DNA of 64,000 nucleotides from Paragordius varius (lineage: Eukaryota > Animalia > Nematomorpha). The translations under genes were made by a program, and so were the position numbers. A model generated the notes under the pieces. That model saw only the letters and a program-made list of their open reading frames with translations, did not search any database and was not told the origin of the DNA. The stretch is taken from the NCBI GenBank assembly GCA_964247055.1, contig OZ176055.1, forward strand, positions 1,984,001 to 2,048,000, read 5' to 3'. This document shows positions 27,226 through 39,800 of this stretch, one piece after another (the first letter of the stretch is position 1; each line of letters opens with the position of its first letter).

Positions 27226-30091
27226 ATGCCCTCGATGTGGGAAAAACACAAACTAAAACTTAAGCAAAATAAACTCTTTAACGGGAATAGAGACTGTGGA
27301 TACATACCAATAACGGACGAAAACATTTATAAAGTTGGATTGCGCGGCCGAAAAACTTACATTTTTTATGGCATAATTGGCTTTTTAACCTTGCTTACGA
27401 TCCTTAATACCATAGTAATATTAAATAATATAAAATAGCTAAATTTGTTGCTTCTGTTTACATATCGTCTCTATAATGCTGAGAATTCTCCATTAGATTT
27501 TTGGTCACAAAAAGATCGTGTCATTTTTAATCAAGAAACTGAAATAAATAATATTCAAGCTTATGATTCGAATTTATTTAATTCGCCTTCATCCGAATTA
27601 GTGGTTCAAACTAGAGGTGCACAAGTATAAATATCAATTAAACATTTTAGATTTTGACAAATAATAAGGTAGACAAACGAGTTAAAAGAGAAAATAGAAA
27701 AATCTTAAATGACATTCAAAGTAAATTTATTATTACTGATAAACTATAATGATATAATACATTTTTCCTTTATAAATATTAATATATGTAACTAGTGATA
27801 TTTGATGAGAATCAAACTGTATTTAATAATGCGGATCAAATTGCATTTGTAAAACCTCATGCTGACAATAAAATATCAACATCTGGCGATGTAGACAATG
27901 TCTATTTTACTGGGTTTATAAATGAACACGAGCTACCTTTCCCACCTGAAAACATTATTCTCAAACGGGTTTGGACACCCAAAGTACTATAATTTTAAAA
28001 AAATATGAAAAAATGAAAAAATCGATTTATTTGCTATAAATAAAATTTTAAAATATTTAACTTATTTCATAATAGAGGTTTATTAACCTAGGCATGGTTT
28101 CTAGGTATTTTCTGAAAATTATTATGGTACGTGTTTGATATTTTTTTCTTTATGTTCAAATAAATTTATAAGAACTTAATTATTACCATATTTACGTACC
28201 TTTTGTTTTTGAAATATATATACCAAAATTATATTATACTAAATACCAATTTGTAATAATTAAAAAACCTTTATATGCAATTTAATCAATATCATTCCTA
28301 CAATGTCTACGATACATTTCAGAATATTCATCGCAAAATTTTTATTAAATACCGTTCCAATTTATTTATTATTATTATTTAATTGCTTTTTAAATTAGAT
28401 AACGCATTTAACTAGTGATGATGTTGGCAGTCAAGGTCTTACAACCAATTTACCCAACACCATGAAATTTGTTGCCCAAAATTCAACTTTGTATGTTAGG
28501 GGAAATCAAGGAGCAACTTTTTCCACAGCAAAATTTAACGCTAACATTACTAAAGATATAAATTTTCAAACTAAGGTTTACAGTTTTTTTTTGTTAATAT
28601 ACTCATTCACAGTTAAACCCAAATTAATTTCACCCAAAAATAATAAGCCATTTTGATTTTAAGAGTATCCATTTACATTTTAAATTCACCGTTAACAAGG
28701 TGAATTCACCCTCCAACATATTCAATCTATCCTAAAATAAATTAGGCTTATTAAGATTTAAAATTATCTATATTTTTTATATTTTTAAAAAATAAAATTT
28801 TGTTTAAAACTAAAATAATACTGAAAAAATAATAAAATGCCATAAAGATATATTTCGTATTAATGATGAGTTATAATAGCTCGAAAACACATATATACTT
28901 GTTTTTTGAGTAAGTTTAAATAGTTCAAGGGTAAATTTGAAGTGTTTGAGGTAATAAAGAATAACAGTTGTTAGAAATTAACAATGGTCATTATTTTATG
29001 CGGATTTAATTCCATATATCCATTTTATAATATTGCTTTTCAGAAAAGTTGTTTTACGGTCTTAAATGCAGTTATTAGGGTTGTGCATTTGACTGCTTTT
29101 TCAAAAAAGTCCGATCAGACCCAGTCAGACCATGATCATGACCACTTTTTACTTAAATATCATGCGAGATTGGAATAATGTTCGTATGACACTTGCGTTT
29201 CGCTAATAATGTTATGTTTTTTCTTAAAAGTTTGTATTATACATTTATTTTATATTTATATTTACAAATGTATTCAAACAAATTTAATCAAAAATTTTGT
29301 TTGAATGAATTATGCTACTTTGTGGCCTTTTTAAATCTTCAAATACATAGTTTTTAATACTTATTGTAATTTTTTTCTAGTTTGTTTTAAACTTTCTTTC
29401 ATCCATGAATTAATATTTAATTATAAGATGTTTTTTTGTTTTATTGGTTCTTATATTTTGCAAAGTTCTTGATTGTTTTGTTTTTTAAAATAACTGGATA
29501 TGCTTAAATGTTAATGTTATAAGGATGCATGTTTAACAATTTTATATTGTTAAATAAGCATATTTAAATATTTTATTTATAATAAAAAATATATCAAAAA
29601 TAAAATCTTACTATCTCTCTTCCAAAAAAATTTACCACCAATTTTTCAAAAAAACAGCAGTTTTTTAAATGACCATGGTCAAGAACTAAATAGTCACTGA
29701 CCAGGTCAGCACAACCCTAGCAGTTATGGTGGTTTTTTATATATTATTTTACATATACTATATTATATTCTCACAGGAAGGTTCATTCATCTTTAAAACC
29801 GAATCGAAAGATAACATGGGCGGAGTGTATTTCCCTGCGCAATATTTACCATTTCAAGGATTACATGATTGGAGAAAGGTGGTTAAAGAACCGGATTATT
29901 ATGATAACGTTGAAGAAACTTCTCGAATAAAATTAACTACCAAGCAACAAAATATTACATCACCTAAAACTTATAAACTTTGTATTTGTATGCCGAAAGG
30001 AAAATTATTTGTTGTATCTGCTAATACAAACAAATATGAACCGATAAGTTGTACGTCAGGACTTGAGTCGAATCCTAACGTTTGCGATTAA
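27226..30091 (+). CDS. SGCB: Beta-sarcoglycan
   Basis: Exons 27226-27414, 27439-27624, 27651-27720, 27796-27983, 28399-28575, 29777-30091. GYIPITDENIYKVGLRGRK + TM, YVRGNQG and C-terminal YKLCICMPKGKLF..C...C match beta-sarcoglycan (GYIPIDEDRLHKTGLRGRK, IVRGNEG, YKLCMCADGTLF). Confidence 0.88.
28667..28950. mobile_element. MITE family A copy in last SGCB intron
   Basis: CCATTTACA..TAAATTCACC left arm; TTCAAGGGTAAATTTGAA right arm; conserved core. Confidence 0.6.
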
Positions 30092-30583
30092 ACATAATTA
30101 TTTTCTTTATATACCTAAATTTCTGAATATGTTTAACCCTTTTTAAAAAAAATTAACTTTTTGTAATACTGTGTGCTTTTCATACATATACCTGTTATCA
30201 TTGTATTGTATTATCCAAATACTCTTCTAGTGCAATAATTACTATTTTACATAAAATGCATTTATCGATAATATTGTGTGTACATTTATTAAATATTATA
30301 CATTTCATAAAATAAAGGAAAATTATGTGCAATTATTTACATTAAACGTCAATACAAAAGGGATTATTATATTAAGTAGGGGTACATTTTGCTTGCTTTA
30401 GTTAATGCCAGCCAGCATTTACAGTAGGGAGAAAAATATTGGCTGGTTTATGCAAAAAATTCAGCCAATATACTAATTATTGCAAATATCTGGCAAATTT
30501 TAATAAAAATTAGGAATGTAATTAACTTTTACTGTTGCACAAAATGGAAGTGATTTTATTGTTTTGTGTTCAAAAAATTTGGT

Positions 30584-30784
30584 TTAAGAAACCTTCTGGT
30601 GCGATTCTTGAGGAATATCGCCACGCGCTTCTGATGAGGTTTGAGGGTTTTCAGGCTTTTTGTCAGGGATTTGTTTGTAAAATATTGAACTGACCATATT
30701 TGAAATGATATGTACGTAGGGGAATATAAATTTATACCAAATATAGAATATTATCGGTAAAATAATGCAAGATAAACAAGCCAT
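30584..30784 (-). CDS. UPF0729 / C18orf32-like small membrane protein
   Basis: MACLSCIILPIIFYIWYKFIFPYVH aligns with the remembered family N-terminus [25 protein letters not shown]; polar C-terminal tail. An in-frame upstream ATG lies at 30799; the last codons could be interrupted by an intron. Confidence 0.75.
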   Translation of the reverse strand: MACLSCIILPIIFYIWYKFIFPYVHIISNMVSSIFYKQIPDKKPENPQTSSEARGDIPQESHQKVS

Positions 30785-30861
30785 ATTGCACGCATTCACA
30801 AAAGTGAATGCAATAAGACAGTGCGGTAAAATTTAAATGACTAAAAAATTTAATTTTATAG
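30785..30861. promoter_or_regulatory. Putative bidirectional promoter / 5' UTR region between divergent genes
   Basis: Only 77 nt separate the two likely ATGs; contains perfect inverted repeat GCATTCAC-AAAA-GTGAATGC (30792-30811) and a GT...TGACTAA...TTTATAG segment ending at the SMC6 ATG. Confidence 0.5.
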
Positions 30862-33800
30862 ATGGATAATGTTACCAAATACATGAATGGTCGCATTCTT
30901 TATGTGTCGCTAAAAAATTTTATGTGCCATGATTTTTTTGAATTGGAATTCAATCAAAATATCAATTTTGTTTGTGGACCAAATGGAAGTATTATTTTCA
31001 AATTTTCAATTGAATTTTCACAAACAATTAAATTTAATTTAAATTCGTATAACCGACTGAATATATACCAAAATTGCAAAGTTTGATATATATACGAAAT
31101 TGATATGTGAATAACCTTAAGTCAAATAGTTGTGTCTTACTGATGAGTGCTAACAAGCACGAAACTAGTTTGCGATTACTATTGACGAAAGGGTTTCCTA
31201 TATCGTTTATACTTTCTGTTAATAATTATCTTTCTATTAATTTTCTATTTAATTTTTAATTATTTGCATTTGGTTTTATGTTAAACTTTTTTTAGGTGGA
31301 AAAAGTGCAATTATGGCATCAATTATGTTAGTTTTGGGAGGAAAGTCGGCAAATACCTCAAGAGGTGCATCTCTCAAAGATTTTATTAAACTGGGATCTT
31401 TGTAAATTTTTAATATCTATTTCCTAAGGTCGGCTGAAATCGTTGTAAAACTTTGTAATTCGCATGAAGTGGCCTATAAACCCGAAATATATGGGCCGGT
31501 CATAACTATTAAAAAGGTTATAACTGCTTCAGGCATTGCATCCTACAAATTATATGGAACCAAAAATAGTTTGTACTTTTTGTTATTGTCTATAACGCAT
31601 TTTATGAGTAACTTTTTATTTCATATGGGTTAGATTACTATTATTTAAAAAATTAATCTGAAGATGTAATCTATATTGGGCCAACATTAAAATATTCTAT
31701 ATCTCTAACGCGCATTATTAAAAAAATATTTTTTCAAATTTAGTTGAAATGATTCCGATTAGTTATAATGCCATTTTTTTCAAATCAGCCTTCCTCATAT
31801 ATTAAAAGCTCTTTTTTCAATTTAATTAATAGCTATTAAAATAGATTTACGAAATTTAATTAATATATAATTTCACTAAAAAAAGCTAAAATTGCCTTTT
31901 AAATAATATTAATATCAGGTATACCACATTTAATTTTTATATATAATCAAGTTTTAAATGTGCCTGAATTTTTTAATATATTTATCTAATAGATGCAATG
32001 ATATCGAATAAAGCTAAAGACTTGCATGATATTTGCAACACTTTCAATATACAAGTTTTTTTAATAGTTTTAAACCTAAAAATGGCTTGAAATTAATTCT
32101 TAATTACTCTTATCTTGCAGATTAGTAATCCAGTGCTTATGTTAACTCAGGATATGTCAAGGACATTTTTTCACAATAGTACACCTAAAAAATTATATGA
32201 GGTATTTTAATAAACAGACTCCTATAAATAATTTTCTTCTAATAAAATGCATTTTTTAGTGTTAAATAAGATTCTAATTTGCGATACATATATATAAACC
32301 TGATGTATGATTTTGTCAAAATTAAATTAAGATAATATAATTTTTTTTGTAAAGTTTATTATTTTTTAAAAGCATTTTTAAGCTCATTCATAGCGGATAA
32401 TTCGACCGTATACTTTTTCGAGATCGAATTGTCATTAAAATACGCGGTTTTTATTGAAATTTTGTAAGTTTTTATTATATAGAGTTGATATTTTGATTTT
32501 CCTTAAGGGTTTTATGAATACAATATGTTGAATCATATTTGATTATGTATTTATGCCGTTGAAAATAACTAATAAATATTTTGAACGGATTGGTTGATTA
32601 TTTTTTCGTAATCAAAACCACAATAATTATATACACCAGGGGTGCCCAACACAAATGGCTTAGTGGGCCGCATCAAAATATATGGGCAGGCATTACTATA
32701 TTTAACTTGGATTTCAAGCATAAAACCAATTAAAAAAACTATATAGGTTGACAATAAGATTAAATTTTATTTTAACAATGTTTGCTAGATCGTTTCTGAA
32801 ATTGAAAAGTTTTACATAGAAAATATGTTGTAATATTAATTTTTAGGGCGACGCGAGTTACTGACTCAGATTATAAAATTAATTTTCTATAATACCAAAC
32901 GCTCTCATTTGCTTTTTATAAAAAGATCAGCTCTTCTAAATTTATTGGTTCATGCTGATTATCATTTTTCCTCTCTAATTTTCTAAATTTGAACGCCCCT
33001 TCCCCACAAACTATGCCAAAAATGATGAATTAAATTTTATTTCTTATTTTAAGTTTTTTTAAATTTAATCATTTGTCGTATAATGACGCGTGTATTCCTC
33101 CTAAATAAATAAAGTTTAAACTCTATTTATTATTAATCATCAATTTAATATATATAGTTTTTGTTTCAAGCCCTTCGTTCCGAACAATTCACGGAAGAAA
33201 TGGAACTTAAAACTCAAAAAATTAAAGCTTTATCAGACTTGATTACAGCACTGAAAGAAGTATAATATCTAATATAAAGTTATGACAATCTGAATTGTAG
33301 TTAAAAATTTTGTTTTAAATTCTGAAAATATCTCATATCTTTATTTGCTTTCCAAGTATTTTAACGAATTTTGGTTTAAATATTGAAAGGATTTGGAAAC
33401 GACCCAATCTCAATGTGAAAAATGGGATATGGAATTACAAAAATTTGTTAAACTACGTAATTGTCAAACTCAAATAACTACCCTAAAAGAACAAATGCAT
33501 AAATTTGATTATTATCACACTAGAGAGGTAATTCATAAAAGTTTTAGTTATATATATTATATATAAATATATGGTTCCTTAAAAGATCCTATTTTTTCTT
33601 GATAATTTTTATTTGATTTTTTTGTAAAATTATAAACTACGCAAATGGTGTTTTAAATTTTTAGACACCAATATAAAAATATATATCTAAAAATTAAAAT
33701 TAATACCATGTTTATATTTTATGTTAAAATTCTATAAAATTAATTCGTTTTACCTTAAATATTATTTATTATATTACACTGAGTCAAAAATCGGGGAGTA

Positions 33801-36800
33801 TGAAAAAATAACATGATGTATATATTCTGATAGAAAAATGTATTAGAAATCTCATGATGCTTTTGGTTTTGGGGCTTATGAGTGATGTAAGAAAGTTTGT
33901 GTTATGTGATCCATTTCAAAATGGCAAAATTTCACCACATTTTTTTAAATAAAGTTTTTTTTGGTGAAAAGTAGAGGCTTCATGCTAAAAAATATCATCA
34001 AATTATATTTTAAACTACATATAAAAAGCAAAACAACATTTTCAAAAAATTTAATTTATTCGTATGCTCTTAACAATTTTTTTGCTCTTCCCAAATGAGC
34101 TTTTTTAAAAAAAACGCAAAAATGCCGGTAGTGCGCGATAAAAATTTTAAATATTATATGCTAAATTTTGATAATGCTCTTTTTTCGAGCAAAATGTTGA
34201 AACGCAGACTTCATACTAGTTTGAGGCATAATGGAAACGGTATAAAACCAATTTAAAATATTATAAACACTTTTTCCACATATTCCGATGATGTTGAACA
34301 TTTCTACACTTGTGAATTTTGATTAAAATATTTGACTCAAATTTATTTTAAATAGATATGGTGTTTTATACAAAAATATACCAAAATTTATAAGCAAACG
34401 AACCTTTTTATTATTAAAATTCTGAGGCGATAGAAATTTTTAACATCAGCGAATTATATAGATAAAGTGTTTTTATAATATCTTAAAGCGTTTTTAAACT
34501 GTTTCTATAATGCCTAAAATAATATGAAGCAGACTTTGACATTTTGCTGATAAATTTTCGGAATTATGCATTCAAATATTTTTAGTTGATATCAAAATTT
34601 TAATTTTTATTGCGCAATCCCGTCATTTTTGCGTTTTAAGAGGACTAGCCCATTTTAAAAATTGGGACTTTTGGAACCCTCATCCACGAATTAACATTTT
34701 TTATTGTTTTGTTTTTTTATAAGAGTATATGGTTTATTGCATTTGGAGATAAGATTCTAGCTTCTAACAAAAAAATTTTATTTATAAAAATGGGCGCAAA
34801 TTTTGCCATATTTTAATATGGAATACTTACCACAAAAGTGTAAATCGTTTTCTTATATCACTCGTAAGGGCCAAAACTAAAAGCACTTGATAATCCTGAT
34901 ATGTTTTTCTATCAAAATACATATATATCTTATCAGGTAATTTTTTTGTGGGTCTGTGTTAATCACGATAAATTTTAAATTTAAATTATTTTTACGTATA
35001 AAGTTTAAGTTGATATTATATTAGCAATTAAAGTATGCCCAGGGTAATGTGGAGAAAGAAAAATTAGCACTGGACGATGCTCAAAAAGAATGGGATAAAC
35101 ATCTTGTAATATTTTCTCATAATAATTATAGTAGAAATACAGTAATTAAAATTATGATAACAAACAAAAAAATTAAAACTATCTATTTTATAAAACAGTA
35201 TTGTTTGATCGTTATTTTTTTGTGAAACTTTAATGATATAATTTATTTTTTTTATTTTGCCAAAACAATAGTATACAATTTAAAAATATCAGAGTTGGAT
35301 GTCCTTATAAAAATTAGCCTAATTATAATAGAATACACCATTTACAGTTCAAGTCCACCCTTGAGCAATTCAAATTAACCCTATAAATTTTGTGATTTTT
35401 AGGATTAAAAATTACCTATTATATAATCTTTAAAAAATAATATTTCGTTTAAAATTAATATAATATTGAAAAAATAAACAATGTAAGGAGAAATTTTCTA
35501 TTAATAATAGCTCGAAAACACATTAATTTTATGGTAAATTTTAATTGTAAATGGTATATTAAAAGAGTAGACGGTGAATGACAGATAAAAAAATGATTTT
35601 AATGAGCATGTAAAAATATTTTAATTTTTATTTTATTTTAGCAAATAGATGAAGAAAAGAAGGCTAATAAAAAGGCTTTAATGGAAAAAATATCAGAATT
35701 GACTAAGGAAATACAACAACTTATGCGAGGGCATGAAAAATATTCTCTAGCCTTCACAAAGAATAAGGCTCGTGAACAGGAATTAAAAGTATGTGTGCTT
35801 TTTGTTTTTTTGTTACGTTTAAAAAAATATTTTTTCCAAATAATTTTTTTCTCGAATTTATTTGTCAGCAAAATAGGCTATGAATTGTGGAAAAAACTTG
35901 TAACTATTATAAAAATTACTATTTTTATCCAAATATTTTATTTTAGCAATGCAATAATGATATATCGTTTTAGGGATAACTTTTTTGGTTTTTTTTAATG
36001 TTAAATTGAAATTTAAGTATTAAAAAAAATAGCCTAAAAAAATAGATGTTTTTACACAGATATCCTAAAAAATATGATTATTTCTCATCTTACATAAAAG
36101 CCCCCTCGCAATATATTTATCAAGTATTTTAATATATATTTCTTAGCTTAAATTAAATGCATGTTCCCATGAAATCAAAAGCTTGTCGGAAGAAATACAG
36201 ACCCTTGAATCGAATATATTGGAGATTGGTTCTCACACAACTAACCCCATGTTAGATACTAGGTCCATATTTCAATTTCTTTTTTTTCTTGAATAGAGTA
36301 ATCATTTTTTTGTATAACACCTAACAAAATAGCTTATTTTTATACTATCGCGGATTTAGTGTAATTATTTTAATTCTATCTGAATTATAATAATATGTTT
36401 GATTGAAAGTAAACAATTGTAATTTACATGTCTTTATGCCTATCCATTGTCTTAAATATTGAATTAATTAAATTCAAGTAAGAACTTGAATCAGGGCTGT
36501 TCAACAAAAACTTTGCGGGTCTAACCCGCGAAATATATGGAAAAAAAGAGAAATGTTATTAGATTTTGAACATAAAACTGTAAATACTACTAATCATAAC
36601 AATTTTTTTCTGGTTCATTACCGAAAAGTTTAAAGATTTATTCAGCAAATTTGTTTAAAAAATTGTTTTTTTTTTCTTGGTTTTTTTTGTAAAATTTTGT
36701 TTAAGAAAATTTTCACGGACTGTAAAAATATTTTTGAGGGGGTTGAACACTCTTGGCCTAAATAAAATCATTTGCCAACTCTATTTTTTCGAAAAACAAA

Positions 36801-39800
36801 TTGACCGGAAACCATGTACCTCTTGTGGCATCGTTTTAGAATAAAAACCAATAAAATTACGCTAATTTCAGGTTTAAATATAAAACCTAACATAAAAAAA
36901 TATGTAGAACCCTTAATTGATTGATGCAAAATATATGAACAATCCTGATTCCTGGAATATATTTGATGTATTTTTATTTAAATTCACTAAATACAGTCAA
37001 ACGATGCCAAATACTAATGAATCTAACGCATCAACTACGAAGGATAAAAATGCAACACCACAAATTAATAACGAGAGGACACAAGAAATTAATTCCAAAA
37101 TTCAAGAACTGTGCAAACAAAAGCTAGAGATTGAAATATCTTATGAACAATATCAAAAAGATTTGCAAACTCTAGAAAATCAAATGCAGTTGTTAACATC
37201 CAAAATTTCAACGCAAAATTTGGACCTTAATAATTTGGAATCGACTATCCGCAAATTAACAGATGAAAATCAACTAATTGTGTAACAGAAATATATTAAA
37301 TTATTAGGATTTGTTTAAAATCTAGCGTTTAAGGGCTAAAATTTTATAATATCATATGTATTAGATTATTTTAAAATAATTGCTCGTGAAATATAACGCA
37401 TAAAGTATGATAAGCGATAATTTTCAATCTTAATTTTTTTTATATATATTGGATGAGTTTGAAATAGGAAGCTTGCTTCAAATCATTAAGTTTTATACCT
37501 TTTGAAAAATACCAATTTTTTATTTCAAATAATTATTTATTTAAAATTTTTATTAGATGAATATTTAAAAAAATCATCCTATTACAAATGCCCTGAAAGA
37601 AATGTTGTTGTTTTTTTATTCTTTTTTTAATTTAAAAGAATGATTTATTATGAAAAAAATGCTTTTTAATCAATAAAATATTTGTTTTCAGTGAAAAAAA
37701 AGTTATATTTTTTATATTTAAATCTTTATTTTTTTTCTCAGTACAAACATGTCACACATGGAACAAAATAAACGTGCTAAAGAAAGGGAACTCCAAAATT
37801 TACAAGCATCAGATCAACAAAATTTGTTGGTTTATGGTGATTGGATACCTAAACTTTTAACTGCCATAGATAATAAATGCCATAATGATAATAGCAATAA
37901 TGGCAATAGAAGATCCAACAATATGTTGTTTCAAAAGCGGCCTAAAGGGCCTATAGGTATGGCAAAAAAATATATCTAAGAGTATAAAATCGAAATATAG
38001 GTTAGAATTTATACATAAAAAGCTGATATTTTGATTTTGTATTAAGATCATTGCATTAAAGGAAGTTATTGGAAATAGCTTGGTGTTTTAACTAAAATAA
38101 GCCTAAAATATAAGTATATAACACCCTTAATGAAAACCTAATAGCAAAAAATATCAAGCCTTAACTTTATAGCGCATATAAGATAATTATTCATTCTGAT
38201 CATTATTTACTTTGTACGTTTTAAGTTAGGTTATAGAAAATTTAATAATTTTCACGCTAAACTAACTTTTTGCGTGCATTAGCTTTTATAATGAGCTAAA
38301 AACCAAAATATCTTTTATTTTTTTAAAATATTTATGTATTGCTGTTATAATTAGTATATATTATTCAAAAAAATTATAATTTTTTAACAAAAAAAATGTG
38401 ATTTGCGGGTTATGAGTTACGTATTCCCTCCATTTGGGTCAATTTAAGGTATGGTTAATATATTATTTTTTTATTAATTAGTATCTATGGTATTTATGTA
38501 TATATATATATACATATACATCTAGGAAGCTACATAAAAATCCTAAATTTTTCAGCCTCACTTGCGCTGGAAAATTGTTTGAAACGCATTTTACCAAATT
38601 TCATTTGCGATTCTCAGCATGATTGTAACATTCTTCGTAATTTGTTGGATGAAGTTTTAGGGTCACGTAATACCTATCGGCCTACCATATCTTGCTTTAA
38701 ATTTTCCGTAAATTTTATTTTTTGTTGCATATGTTTATAGTTTAAAAAAAAATAATTATGTAATGACAAAATATTTTGGATAAAGATGGCCATATACACT
38801 CTTTCAAACCTTAATTTTCTCCTCTATAAACTTTATGAATACGGTTGTGAAATGATATAGTGTGTTTTACAAAAATGCATCATTTTATTCCTTCGCAAAC
38901 TCAAATTAGTTTTAAAGTTTTAAAAAAGTTGGTTGGCTTTTTAAAAATATTTGTCTATTAGACTCGAGCTGGGGTGATTAACACGCGGCCAGCGAGATAT
39001 TTTGAATCCATAATTTGTAAAAACATCTTGGTAAACTTGATATTTTTAGACAATTTTTTCTACATAAGTCTATATCCAAATAGCAAGAACAAGAAAAATA
39101 TTGTTGCATTCTGTTCTCTTTTTGAAGTATTTTTATGTTTAACTCGTCGTAATCTTTGAGCTGGCCCGCGAAGTCCATTTGTGTTGAATGGGCTTGTTTT
39201 TATAATTTCAATTTCTACAATATATTTACCTAATATCTAGGAACACAAATATGATGTGGAAAGATATGTAAGTTTTTTTAACCTATTTTTATCATACAAT
39301 GATGTATCCTTTATTTATCAAAATTTTATTTTTTTTCGTTTAATGGGTTTAAATATTTGGTAAAGAATGGAAAAAACAAGAACTCCATGGTAATTCTTAT
39401 ACTTTTTTGATGAATATGATATGGTTAATACCATAAAGCTCTCTCTTGTTTTTTCCATTCTTTACCAAATATACACACCCCCATTTAATAAATAAAGATA
39501 AATTTTTGATAAAAAGGATACATGATTGTATTATCAAATTGTTATCTTATAAAATTTTTATTATATTCAATATAGTTGGTGGAATTTAATGGGGCTTTCA
39601 ACTTTACCAATCTTATATCTGTCAGCGATGTCGACGTGTTTAATTACATTATTGATCAGGTAAAAAGTTTTTTCAGAAGTACTTTATAAAAGAACAAAAA
39701 GAATAGATTTGGTTTTCAAAAAAACAACCATACTTTTTCAAATTTAAATCTTTCCTTCTACATAAATTTTATATATTTACAATTATAAAATATATAATTG

